Source: an uncultured archaeon
GTDB lineage: Archaea > Asgardarchaeota > Thorarchaeia > Thorarchaeales > Thorarchaeaceae
NCBI GenBank assembly: GCA_964458565.1
Contig: CAYWJO010000032.1
Location: forward strand, 1 to 35,201
Reading direction: 5' to 3'
Length of the DNA: 35,201 bases
Shown here: one piece after another, positions 9,989 through 19,143 of the stretch
Numbering within the stretch: position 1 is the first letter of the stretch
Layout of the letters: every line of letters begins with the position of its first letter
Notes under the pieces: model-generated
Databases searched by the model: none
The model's input: only the letters and a program-made list of their open reading frames with translations
Told to the model about the DNA's origin: nothing
Position numbers and translations under genes: made by a program

Positions 9989-10654
9989 TTATACGAATCC
10001 TAATACCTGTGAGATGTGAGCAAGCTCGACTCCTGTGGTTTCAGTACCTGCAACCATTCCGTCTATGTTAGCTATGACACCAAGGTTTGTGTACGGGCAT
10101 CCTCTGTTGACCGTACCCACCTCAACATGAATTTTTAGTAATTCTGAAACAATTTCAATCTCTTGGTCTGACGCCATTGGATGTACTACTGCACCTTGAT
10201 TTGTCACTATCGCGTTCGCTCCTACAATAGGAAGTCTTGCCATAGTACCACGAACAACTTCAACATCCAATACATCAGAAATCTTCTCTATTGCTTTGTT
10301 GTCAAACTCAGGATGACACAATGCTGCTTTATCATTAGTAAGGATGATATTGCCGAGGGCTGTCATCTTGCTATCAATCCAATCCACTTTCACATCATCG
10401 TATCGCTTCAGTTCAGCTAATTCATCATCGGTTGTAGTATAAGGTAATAATATTCCGTTAGAATTGGCTACAGACATGAATCCTACTGTATCTAGAGTAG
10501 CCACTGTGCTTTGAACAAGTGGTAAATTGAAGGTCTTCTCAATTGTTGATAGTGACTTCTCTGACATATTTGACGATACAAACACGAACCTATCGGTAGC
10601 TGTTCCAAAGGCTCCAACATTTGAATCGCCCTCGAAATCTGTTCGGGCGATCAA
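9989..10654 (-). CDS. eif6: translation initiation factor 6
   Basis: SNVGAF, ANSNGILLP, ALGNIILTND, GTVNRG, TTGVEL motifs. Confidence 0.97.
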   Translation of the reverse strand: MIARTDFEGDSNVGAFGTATDRFVFVSSNMSEKSLSTIEKTFNLPLVQSTVATLDTVGFMSVANSNGILLPYTTTDDELAELKRYDDVKVDWIDSKMTALGNIILTNDKAALCHPEFDNKAIEKISDVLDVEVVRGTMARLPIVGANAIVTNQGAVVHPMASDQEIEIVSELLKIHVEVGTVNRGCPYTNLGVIANIDGMVAGTETTGVELAHISQVLGFV

Positions 10655-10660
10655 GGAATA

Positions 10661-11080
10661 CTAGCCCTCCGCGAGATATACACGGACTAGGTTGTCAGCG
10701 TTCTTTGTAGCACGAATCCTTATTCTCCGTGGTGGTTTTTGAATACCACGATTCCAGATTCTCTCGTTGACTTCTGGTTGAATAAGTAGCTCCTCAGGTT
10801 TCATATGTCTCTCGACAAATTGCTTGAGAATTCTAACCGCCTTGTTAGATCGTCGGAGTCTACTACCTGTCCAATACGCTCTTCGTAGGGGAACTGTATA
10901 GATTCTCTCATCAATAATCTCCTCTTCCTCTGCGACTTCTTCTTCAGTAGGTTCTACTTCTGCAGCCGGAGTTATCTCAACATCTTCCTCCAACTCAATG
11001 TCCGGTATATCAACCTCTTCTGATTCGTCTATTTCTGGTTCCTCTTCAGAGGTTTTCATTTCCTTCTTTTTGTCTGACAT
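10661..11080 (-). CDS. rpl31e: 50S ribosomal protein L31e with acidic N-terminal extension
   Basis: ERIYTVPLR, VNERIWNRGIQKPPRRIR motifs. Confidence 0.96.
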   Translation of the reverse strand: MSDKKKEMKTSEEEPEIDESEEVDIPDIELEEDVEITPAAEVEPTEEEVAEEEEIIDERIYTVPLRRAYWTGSRLRRSNKAVRILKQFVERHMKPEELLIQPEVNERIWNRGIQKPPRRIRIRATKNADNLVRVYLAEG

Positions 11081-11094
11081 CTATGTACACCTAT

Positions 11095-11250
11095 CTATGG
11101 TTTCAGTTTGGATTGACGCCAGTTTCGCTGCCCTGGAGTTCTTCGTACCTTTCCACCAGTCTTTACAACAGCCCATGTAGGAACACTACTGTTGCTTTTC
11201 ATGGCTTTTGCCATTCTCAATTTCTTTGCAAGGGGTTTGTTTCTTGCCAT
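11095..11250 (-). CDS. rpl39e: 50S ribosomal protein L39e (absent from the ORF track)
   Basis: manual translation [51 protein letters not shown] (51 aa); GGTGA RBS; canonical position before rpl31e. Confidence 0.96.
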   Translation of the reverse strand: MARNKPLAKKLRMAKAMKSNSSVPTWAVVKTGGKVRRTPGQRNWRQSKLKP

Positions 11251-11270
11251 TCATATCACCTTGTGCAGCG

Positions 11271-11600
11271 TTATCTGAAAGTAACTTTCCGTTCTCTTTC
11301 TCTACCTTGTAGTTGTTGGAGGAGATTCCTGAGTTGCTCATCTGTGACTCGGCCCTTTAGACGGCCGCTTCCTGCTAGCTGTATCAGCTGCATCTCGATC
11401 TGTTCCGAGAACTGTGGCTTGACCATTCTTATGTTCATCAGGCGAGATCGTGCCTCTGGAGTGAGTATCTGTCTCAAGATTGCTTCCTTCTGGGCTTGTG
11501 CCTCAGCCATCTGCTCCTCCTGTGACTGATCCTGAATTGCCTGATCTCTCATCGCGGCACGTTTCCTCTGCCGGATTGCTTCAAGCTCCTCGTCACTCAT
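11271..11600 (-). CDS. PDCD5-family dsDNA-binding protein
   Basis: DEELEAIR, ILRQILTPEARSRL, IEMQLIQLA motifs. Confidence 0.95.
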   Translation of the reverse strand: MSDEELEAIRQRKRAAMRDQAIQDQSQEEQMAEAQAQKEAILRQILTPEARSRLMNIRMVKPQFSEQIEMQLIQLAGSGRLKGRVTDEQLRNLLQQLQGRERERKVTFR

Positions 11601-11628
11601 TTTAATCACCGAGAAATTGGTTGAGCTC

Positions 11629-12081
11629 TCAATATTTCTCTAGTTCCGGTATAGCCTTCGTAAGTTCTGTTTTTAAACCGGTTGACAGCTTGTCCATGTA
11701 CGACCTGCCAATATCAGTCATCTCTCGCCCCTTAGAACCACGTTTTTTGATGAAACCGGCTCTTTCAAGTTGCTGAAGAGAAGTTCTGACAACTGCACCA
11801 CTTCCACGGTGAAACTTATTGGGTCTTACGCCTCGTCTCTTCCTGCCACCATATTGAATTCTCAGCTTTTCTGTACCGATTGGACCTTGAAGATACACTT
11901 TTCGAAGTACACTAGCGCATCTCACAAACCACCAATCCGGATCATCTGGGGCTCGCTCTGCGTAAGCACCTGTCTTCACAAAGGCCGCCCATTCGGGAGG
12001 GCTGATCTCATTACGAGATTTCAGGTCTTGCGCAAGACGCCTTATCAATATACTAGCTGGAATGTCATACACTGTGGGCAT
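11629..12081 (-). CDS. rps19e: 30S ribosomal protein S19e
   Basis: PEWAAFVKTG, DWWFVRCASVLRK, YGGRKRRG motifs. Confidence 0.98.
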   Translation of the reverse strand: MPTVYDIPASILIRRLAQDLKSRNEISPPEWAAFVKTGAYAERAPDDPDWWFVRCASVLRKVYLQGPIGTEKLRIQYGGRKRRGVRPNKFHRGSGAVVRTSLQQLERAGFIKKRGSKGREMTDIGRSYMDKLSTGLKTELTKAIPELEKY

Positions 12082-12103
12082 AATCTGTCACCATGTCATC
12101 ATG

Positions 12104-12162
12104 ATGGGCATCCGCACTCATAGTCGGCGGATTACCTACCTCAGAAGGCTGGGCACACCCAT
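12104..12162 (-). promoter_or_regulatory. structured 5' leader of rps19e
   Basis: closing stem ATGGGTG/TGCCCAT enclosing two hairpins, between a TTTTAT box and the GGTGA RBS. Confidence 0.45.
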
Positions 12163-12222
12163 AAGAATGCGCATAAAAGGCTTGCGTTAAGGATTTCAAG
12201 TTTTACGAAACACATCACTCTT

Positions 12223-12507
12223 TTACGAACTCTTCATCCCCTTCAATTTGTAAATTACTGCTGTATTCCCACGAATTCCTCCCGATCTTGCACCTGTCTT
12301 CTCACAGACAAGATCGACTATCTGTTCCTTTGATAATCCTGCATCTAATGCACTTCTGAGAATTCGTATCTTCATGTACTTATGTGCCTTAAGCAACCTG
12401 TTCAATTCACGAACCGCACCATCTGTGACTCCTGATTTACCAATCTGCATCATCGCTGGATCTTGCCATACAATCTTAATCCGTGCCGGGTCGACTTTCG
12501 TACTCAT
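12223..12507 (-). CDS. yhbY: YhbY/CRM-domain RNA-binding protein
   Basis: PAMMQIGKSGVT, HKYMKIRIL, IRGNTAVIYK motifs; start moved to ATG 12507. Confidence 0.9.
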   Translation of the reverse strand: MSTKVDPARIKIVWQDPAMMQIGKSGVTDGAVRELNRLLKAHKYMKIRILRSALDAGLSKEQIVDLVCEKTGARSGGIRGNTAVIYKLKGMKSS

Positions 12508-12545
12508 ATCAATCGAGCTCCCCCTTTCATATATCAAATTGCACA

Positions 12546-12872
12546 TTAAGCTTGTCTTGTGATTGGAAATCTCCTGATAGAACCACACTCAAGACAGGTT
12601 ACAGTGAGATGTGTGGAGCGATTGTGTCTGACTCTGATTCGGCATGTCTTTCCTGGTATCAACAAGTATCCACATGTCTTGCAGATTCTTCTACTCATCG
12701 CAAGTGGTAATCTTATGTGTGCCTTAGGTGCAATCTTCTGAGCAATTCGTATCCATCTCTTTGCTAAATCTGGTCGAGAATCAGCAATCTGTAGAGCCCT
12801 ATCCCACAAGATTCCAATCCTTTCTCTCGCTAGGTCTTTGGACTGCCTCTTTGGATATTTTTTTGGGCTCAC
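12546..12872 (-). CDS. rnp4: ribonuclease P protein component 4 (Rpp21)
   Basis: LARERIGIL, ICKTC...LIPG, TCLECG zinc ribbon. Confidence 0.95.
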   Translation of the reverse strand: MSPKKYPKRQSKDLARERIGILWDRALQIADSRPDLAKRWIRIAQKIAPKAHIRLPLAMSRRICKTCGYLLIPGKTCRIRVRHNRSTHLTVTCLECGSIRRFPITRQA

Positions 12873-12951
12873 TCTAATTTTCCTCAGGTCTATTGAAGTG
12901 AGTCATATATCTTATATCGTTTTCAGCATGTGAATAAGATGGGCTACTCAG

Positions 12952-13668
12952 ATGCTTTATGTGATACTTCTTGAATCAGCATTGGAACTTGTACCTTCAG
13001 AGATATCCTCACAGAAATCAATACAGCGTCATGCTGGAAAACGAGGCAAGAAACCAACGGAGCTTCTCCTAGATCAGAACTATCACGGTGAAGCAATGTT
13101 AAAGCTGAATAATCATGAGCGTAGAGGGCGTCCTGATATAGTATACCTTTGTCTTATGACGCTGCTTGAGTCTCCCCTTTGTAAGACTGGATTACTGCGA
13201 GTCTATATTCATCTACAAGATGGGCGAGTAATTGAAATTGACCCAACTGTAAGGCTTCCTAGAAACTATGACCGCTTTGTTGGTCTTTTCGAACAGATTC
13301 TCATTCATGGACAGGTACCACCTAAGGGAGAGTCTTTACTCAAGCTTTCTTCTAAAACTCTCACTGATTTCATGGATGGGTTTGCTAAAAAAGAGGAGAG
13401 CATATCTTTTCTAGCAATTGAGGGTGGAGCCAAGTCTAGCACACAGTCATTGTTTGATCTATTTCCATCCAATCCCGAAAAAACAGTGATAATTGGAGTG
13501 GGAGCTTTCCCTCATGGTGATATGGCAGACTCAACAAAGAAACATTTTACACACCATCTCGAATTAGATTCTGAGGTGATGATGGCTTGGCACGTCTGTG
13601 GAGAAATCACATGGATCTACACTCATAAAATGGGAATTATAGCGAAACGATACGAGTCACTCATTTAG
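12952..13668 (+). CDS. nep1: rRNA pseudouridine N1-methyltransferase Nep1/Emg1
   Basis: ESALELVP, LLDQNYH, RGRPDIV, RLPRNYDRFVGL, GAFPHG motifs. Confidence 0.95.
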   Translation: MLYVILLESALELVPSEISSQKSIQRHAGKRGKKPTELLLDQNYHGEAMLKLNNHERRGRPDIVYLCLMTLLESPLCKTGLLRVYIHLQDGRVIEIDPTVRLPRNYDRFVGLFEQILIHGQVPPKGESLLKLSSKTLTDFMDGFAKKEESISFLAIEGGAKSSTQSLFDLFPSNPEKTVIIGVGAFPHGDMADSTKKHFTHHLELDSEVMMAWHVCGEITWIYTHKMGIIAKRYESLI

Positions 13669-14602
13669 TAAGGCGTTTGAATACCTCATTTGCGATATAC
13701 ACCTCTGTGCCTGCTAATCCCACAGAACAGAACAATGTAATTTCATCATCCGAAGTACGCCCCACTACTTCACCGCTGGCTATTTTTCCGAGTTCCCTCA
13801 TACGTTCTCGATGAATTGTTTTGGCTAAAAAATAGGGATTGGTATACTTTTCATAACTGTCCAATTGTGCAAACGAATCGGTGACAATTACATGGCTTCT
13901 TTCTGCAACCTTCATCTCTATCTCGTTTGTCCCCTCCAGATTCGGACCAAGAGTGGTTACATGCATTCCCCGTTCAAGTAGTTCTGCATTGAAGACTGGT
14001 TTCTTACTTCTTGTTGCACAAATAACAATTTCAGACCCTCCTATTGCTTCATCAGAAGAGCTGACCGCATCTATTTCAAGATTCAACTTTTCTGACATCT
14101 CGGATGCGAATGACTCTCTATGTTCTCTAGTTGGACTATAGACTTTTATTGTCTTTAATTTTCGGACAACACTCGCTGCTTCAAGCTGCGATCGAGCTTG
14201 AGTTCCCGAACCAATTAGGCCTAACGTTTTTGCATCTGATTTTGCTAGATACTTGAGGGCAATACCACCTATGGCTCCTGTGCGAATCACACCTATCCTG
14301 AATCCTGTTACAATTCCTTTTAGGACACCACTCTTTCCGTCAAAAACAACAACTAATTGAGTATTACCTGGACTCTTCTTTGGAAATGTTTCGTAAACCC
14401 GAAATCCGGTAGAAGCTTCTTGTCCCGTTGAAGCACCTGCCGTGAATACAAGATTTCCTTCACCTGAATCTAATACGAACCGAGCAGGTGCCGCCAGAGT
14501 TCCCTCGGCATGTTCATTGAGTGCCGACTCAATCCTTGTGATAGCATCTGTCATTTGTAGAACTTCATCTACCTGCTCGTCTGCAATGATTTGATACTTC
14601 AT
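13661..14602 (-). CDS. ornithine cyclodeaminase/mu-crystallin family protein
   Basis: IRTGA, IGSGTQAR, VICAT, ITLFCSVGLA motifs; start moved to ATG 14602. Confidence 0.9.
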   Translation of the reverse strand: MKYQIIADEQVDEVLQMTDAITRIESALNEHAEGTLAAPARFVLDSGEGNLVFTAGASTGQEASTGFRVYETFPKKSPGNTQLVVVFDGKSGVLKGIVTGFRIGVIRTGAIGGIALKYLAKSDAKTLGLIGSGTQARSQLEAASVVRKLKTIKVYSPTREHRESFASEMSEKLNLEIDAVSSSDEAIGGSEIVICATRSKKPVFNAELLERGMHVTTLGPNLEGTNEIEMKVAERSHVIVTDSFAQLDSYEKYTNPYFLAKTIHRERMRELGKIASGEVVGRTSDDEITLFCSVGLAGTEVYIANEVFKRLTK

Positions 14603-14723
14603 AAAACAGGATTGTCGTCGACACATAATATATCTATTGAGGAGAATGACATCAAGAATGAATTTCGTTGGTTACAGAGCGATTAGTTTAAAACTATGGA
14701 ACCAAGACACTCGAATCACGCAT

Positions 14724-14798
14724 GCGGCCATAGTCTAGGGGCCATGATAGAGCCCTTCCAAGGCTCTGACCCGGGTTCAAATCCCGGTGGCCGCACCA
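14724..14798 (+). tRNA. tRNA-Gly(TCC), CCA encoded
   Basis: acceptor GCGGCCA/TGGCCGC, anticodon arm GAGCC-CT TCC AA-GGCTC, T arm CCGGG-TTCAAAT-CCCGG, ACCA end; TTTAAAA box upstream. Confidence 0.97.
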
Positions 14799-14927
14799 TT
14801 ATTCTTCACTCTTATCTTTGGTATTCAGCAACACAATGCTTTTGTTATTACCACTCTGAGATGGTTGAGTAACAACATTCGATATGATGTGACGAATATT
14901 CGTTTACCCAATGAGGCGTTCAAAAGC

Positions 14928-16934
14928 ATGGAATCTCTATACCATCATGGCATCTTAGTCCTAGAACCTCCTCCGCCGCGTGGGCTCACCATAAGAGCAA
15001 GAGCACAAGATATAGTACTCAACCAGTCGCAGGAAGAGATGGCGTTTGCTTGGGTGAAGAAATTAGGAACTCCATATGTCGAAGATCCCACGTTTGCGCA
15101 CAACTTCATGATGGACTTCAGCAAAGCTCTCAATATAGATCCTCCTTTGAAAGTAGAAGAGGTTGACTTCTCATCAGTAATTGAGGTTGTTGAATTTGAA
15201 CGCACTCAGAAAGAAAACGCGACAAAGGAAGAAAAGAAAGCTGCACGCGAAGAACGTAAGGTACTCAGAGAACAATTGAAGGAGAAGTATGGGTACGCAA
15301 TTGTTGACGATGAGAGAATGGAACTTGCAAACTATCAAACTGAGCCCTCAGGTATATTCATGGGCCGTGGTGAACATCCACTTCGCGGACGGTGGAAACA
15401 GGGTGCAACCTATTCTGACATTACTCTGAATCTTTCTCCTGAAGCTGAAATGCCTCCAGGTAACTGGGGTGAGATAATCTGGGCTCCAGAATGTATGTGG
15501 ATTGCTAAGTGGACAGATGAGTTGACTGGGAAGTTGAAATATATCTGGCTTCATGATAGCACCCCGATAAAACAACAGAGAGAAGCAGAGAAATTCGATA
15601 AGGCATTAAAAGTCGAGAAAAATATTGATGAAATCCGTGAGAAAATAATGGTAGAACTTCGTTCAGATGACCACCGCAGGAGAATGGTTGCAGCAGCTTG
15701 TTACCTCATCGATAGACTAAGTCTTCGAGTTGGTGATGAAAAAGATCCGGACGAAGCTGACACTGTAGGAGCGACTACCCTTCGCGTAGAACATCTCACA
15801 TTCAAAGACAATTCAGTAGTATTCGATTTTCTTGGCAAGGATTCAGTTGCATGGCATAAGGAACTCGAGATGCCTGTAGATGTCTATACAGTCTTCAAAG
15901 AACTCTATGATGTCGCAGTAGACCGAGTTGAATCATTTGAGTCACGAAGGCGTAAGAAAACTCGTGGTGACCCAAAGAAGATTGCTCAAATATTCCCTGA
16001 CATTGGTAGTACCCATGTGAATCGTTTTCTTAGTGAGATTGATAGTGACCTGACTGCTAAGGTATTCAGAACATTTCATGCTACGGTAAAAATGCGTGAA
16101 GAATTGAAAGAAAGTAAGGCAAGGGCAAGCGATCCAGAGTTCATTAAGAAAGCGGCCTTCAAACGAGCAAATTTAGAAGTCGCTCGAGTGATGAACCATA
16201 CAAAACAAGCCCCTATAGGATGGAGCCGAAGTGCTGAACGTTATGAAGGGCGAATAAGGAAGGCTGAGAAACGGATTTCGAAGACAAAGAAGATACTATC
16301 TGAAAAACAGTCACGATTGAAGAAACTAAGGAAGAAGGAACAGGCGGCTCTTACTAATAAACAAGAAATTGTCACAAAACAGAAAACAATCGTTGCAAAG
16401 AACTGGGATTCGGTAAAATCTAAGCGTGAATCGCGTGACAAGGCAAAAACCACATGGGATAATGCTAGAACTAACAAGAGTCGAATCCGGAGCAGTCGTC
16501 GAAAAGCACAACAGTCCAAGAAAGAACGCCTTGAAGATGCACAGGATAGAATTGATAGAACTAAGAAGCGTCTTGATTCAGCTGAAGAAGGCCTGGCCCA
16601 GTCTCGCGAGAGATACGAAAAGAGCAAAGCATCCCTTGAGAAAAAGCAGGAATCACTTGACATATTCAAAGAGAAATCCAAGGAGCGTATTGCTCGTTTC
16701 ATAAAAACCGTTGAACGTGCAAAAGAGAGTGTGATGAAAGCCGAACTTGCAAAAGAAAAAATCAAGGTGGATTATGAGATGGCAAAATCAAGTCGTACAT
16801 GGAACCTAGGGACGTCACTTAAATCATACATCCATCCAAGAGTTGTTGGTAAATGGTGTAAGCGTGTAGAATTTGATTGGACTAAGGTCTATTCATCAAC
16901 ACTCCAAAAGAAATTCAGCCACTTCTTTGAATGA
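14928..16934 (+). CDS. top1: DNA topoisomerase IB, eukaryote-like, with a long coiled-coil linker
   Basis: cap-domain motifs EPSGIFMGRGEHPLRGRWK and WTDELTGKLKY; catalytic pentad R(LRVG) K(FLGKD) R(KVFRT) H(MNH) Y(SLKSYIHPR); start moved to ATG 14928 because the longer ORF overlaps the tRNA. Confidence 0.96.
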   Translation: MESLYHHGILVLEPPPPRGLTIRARAQDIVLNQSQEEMAFAWVKKLGTPYVEDPTFAHNFMMDFSKALNIDPPLKVEEVDFSSVIEVVEFERTQKENATKEEKKAAREERKVLREQLKEKYGYAIVDDERMELANYQTEPSGIFMGRGEHPLRGRWKQGATYSDITLNLSPEAEMPPGNWGEIIWAPECMWIAKWTDELTGKLKYIWLHDSTPIKQQREAEKFDKALKVEKNIDEIREKIMVELRSDDHRRRMVAAACYLIDRLSLRVGDEKDPDEADTVGATTLRVEHLTFKDNSVVFDFLGKDSVAWHKELEMPVDVYTVFKELYDVAVDRVESFESRRRKKTRGDPKKIAQIFPDIGSTHVNRFLSEIDSDLTAKVFRTFHATVKMREELKESKARASDPEFIKKAAFKRANLEVARVMNHTKQAPIGWSRSAERYEGRIRKAEKRISKTKKILSEKQSRLKKLRKKEQAALTNKQEIVTKQKTIVAKNWDSVKSKRESRDKAKTTWDNARTNKSRIRSSRRKAQQSKKERLEDAQDRIDRTKKRLDSAEEGLAQSRERYEKSKASLEKKQESLDIFKEKSKERIARFIKTVERAKESVMKAELAKEKIKVDYEMAKSSRTWNLGTSLKSYIHPRVVGKWCKRVEFDWTKVYSSTLQKKFSHFFE

Positions 16935-16959
16935 TTTAGGTATGGTAATTTGGTGTATT

Positions 16960-16992
16960 GTCCCGGATGAAAAATTAGAGGCCATCCGGGAC
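16960..16992. repeat. perfect 10-bp inverted repeat
   Basis: GTCCCGGATG-13 nt-CATCCGGGAC between the convergent top1 and DUF362 genes. Confidence 0.7.
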
Positions 16993-17221
16993 TGAGATCT
17001 CTGGGGGGCTTTCTGCTATAGCAGATTTGAGAGAGGGTCTCTGTTTCTTTTCGTTCACCAATCAATATCATGTACCTACACTCATAGTTGCAGAACACGA
17101 AAACGGAATGAGTCTATGATTGATATCGAAATGCAATGAAATAGGAGAATGTATGTGTAATTATGTTGAATCTCGCTAGGAGTTTATATGCGTGTGAATG
17201 TGACTTTTACTACCAATCTGA

Positions 17222-18070
17222 TTATCCTTCAACGACTTGAATGTCTTTATCAGACATGGCTCCCAGGCCTATTTTTACCGCATGACTAATCTGTGGAACT
17301 TCCCAAACATCACATTTGAGCTTGTTTTCTGCATTATAGCTCTGCAGTATTTTCACACCTTCCACATCAATTGCAACCATATCCTTACTAGCCATGATTA
17401 GATTTGGTTCCTCTATGTGTCCTGAAGCTGGTCCGCCTGTTACGAAAACCCTACGTGCATCCATAACTATCAAATCAGGTTTGAAGAAGGAAGCGAGATC
17501 AACTACCTTTTCCTCAAGGTGTCGCATGTGTAATCTCACTCGGTCTCGTATTCTCATCCATCCCACGAAGAGCTTCATGCTACCAGTAAACCTCGCAATG
17601 AAATGAGTCTTGATGCATGGTGCTAAGACGAGTTTGTCCCCTTCTAGTACTGGTTTCCCAATCGACACACGCTTGAGTTTTTTCCCCCGTTCAATAGTCA
17701 CATCTTCCCATGGGTGTTCATCAAGAAAAATGAGGTCTGCATCCAGGCTCTCTGCAACGACATCCAAACCTACTTCTTTGGCAACCTCTCGTGTCTTCAG
17801 TCTTAGCATTGAACTATCTATAATACGTATCTTATCAGCACCTGCATCCAAAATCTCTCTTCCTAATGCCTCAATAAATGCAGGGTCACTAGACGCGGGA
17901 TACGGGTCTGCAGTATTCAGATTTGGCTTAATGGTTACAGTGTCTCCTGTTGTGATGACACTCTCAAATCCTCCTATCAGAGATACTGCTCTTCTAATTG
18001 ACTCTCTTAGGTCTATGTCAGTTTTTACCTTGCTCACAAAAAACTGTTGCTTATCCAAATCCGTTACCAA
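17222..18070 (-). CDS. DUF362 domain protein
   Basis: GDTVTIKPNL, PCIKTH, FTGSMK, GGPASG, DMVAID motifs. Confidence 0.88.
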   Translation of the reverse strand: MVTDLDKQQFFVSKVKTDIDLRESIRRAVSLIGGFESVITTGDTVTIKPNLNTADPYPASSDPAFIEALGREILDAGADKIRIIDSSMLRLKTREVAKEVGLDVVAESLDADLIFLDEHPWEDVTIERGKKLKRVSIGKPVLEGDKLVLAPCIKTHFIARFTGSMKLFVGWMRIRDRVRLHMRHLEEKVVDLASFFKPDLIVMDARRVFVTGGPASGHIEEPNLIMASKDMVAIDVEGVKILQSYNAENKLKCDVWEVPQISHAVKIGLGAMSDKDIQVVEG

Positions 18071-18180
18071 TTTTCGTCAACCATCTTTTGCAATCATTTT
18101 ACGTTAGATGATATTAACTCTATCATGTAGTCGAATAGAATATCTTTTGAATACACAACGATTCGTCCAGATGAACAGAA

Positions 18181-19143
18181 TTGGTGTATCAATGGAAGTA
18201 CAATGGTCCCATCTTTGATGCTCATACACATATAGGAAATCCCCAAGACTTGGAGAAGATGGTTTCAATAGAACAGGACTGCGGAATCCATGCACAACTA
18301 GCCATTGTTCATGGAACTGAAAATCTTCAATCCGCAAAATTGTTGGATCCAACTAGATTTGTGTTCGCTAAATACTTACCAACAAGCGAAACAACTCGTT
18401 ACAATGTGAAATTACTCCTTGAAGAGATACACTGCTTGAAAGAGGAGGGCTATCATCTTGCTAAGATGTGGTTTGGTCCTAGGTGGCGTGATTACGTGGA
18501 AAACGCTTCAGATAGTTTCAGAGTGGATGATAGTAGACTTGAGCCTGTTTTTCAAGCTCTTGAAGATCAAAAAATACCACTGTTAATTCACGTCGGAGAC
18601 CCAGACACATACTTTGAGAACCAGTATAGTGACACGAAAAAGTATGGGACAAAGGATGAAAATCTCGCTCAACTAAAGAATATCATCTCTCGCTATCCTG
18701 CACTCCAATTCCAGCTAGCACATATGGGTTCACAACCAGAGATACATCGACTACCAAATCTTGGTCAGTGGCTTGACAACTACCCGAATATCGTATTAGA
18801 CACAGCCTCGTCTAGATGGATGGCTCGAGAGTTGAGCAGAAATCCAGAGACATCACGAGAATTCATAGTCAAGTACTCTGACCGAATCCTCTTTGGTACA
18901 GATGTTTCATCCAATCGAGAACCTGAATATTTTGCGGGTCGATATAACGCTCAGAGGATACTCTACGAAACTGATGTGAGAGATGCACCTCTTCCTTTTG
19001 AAGACCCAGATACAAAGTCGTCAGGTGGGACATTCATCAACGGTCTAGATCTGCCTATTTCAGTTTTGAAGAAGATATACTGGAAGAACGCCATCAGGAT
19101 CTACAATGCATCCCAATCAATTGGCCCGATGGAAAATCTCTGA
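18181..19143 (+). CDS. amidohydrolase family 2 (TIM-barrel metal hydrolase)
   Basis: IFDAHTH, LLIHVGDP, LAHMG, RILFGTD motifs. Confidence 0.9.
   Translation: MVYQWKYNGPIFDAHTHIGNPQDLEKMVSIEQDCGIHAQLAIVHGTENLQSAKLLDPTRFVFAKYLPTSETTRYNVKLLLEEIHCLKEEGYHLAKMWFGPRWRDYVENASDSFRVDDSRLEPVFQALEDQKIPLLIHVGDPDTYFENQYSDTKKYGTKDENLAQLKNIISRYPALQFQLAHMGSQPEIHRLPNLGQWLDNYPNIVLDTASSRWMARELSRNPETSREFIVKYSDRILFGTDVSSNREPEYFAGRYNAQRILYETDVRDAPLPFEDPDTKSSGGTFINGLDLPISVLKKIYWKNAIRIYNASQSIGPMENL

Noticed and set aside
11083-11529. 148-aa plus-strand ORF
   Set aside because: Antisense shadow of rpl39e and PDCD5
14787-14927. N-terminal 47 codons of the 715-aa top1 ORF
   Set aside because: Overlaps the tRNA-Gly 3' end; recognisable similarity starts at MESLYHHG (14928)
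16241-16765. 174-aa minus-strand Ser/Phe/Leu-rich ORF
   Set aside because: Antisense mirror of the Lys/Glu/Arg coiled coil of top1
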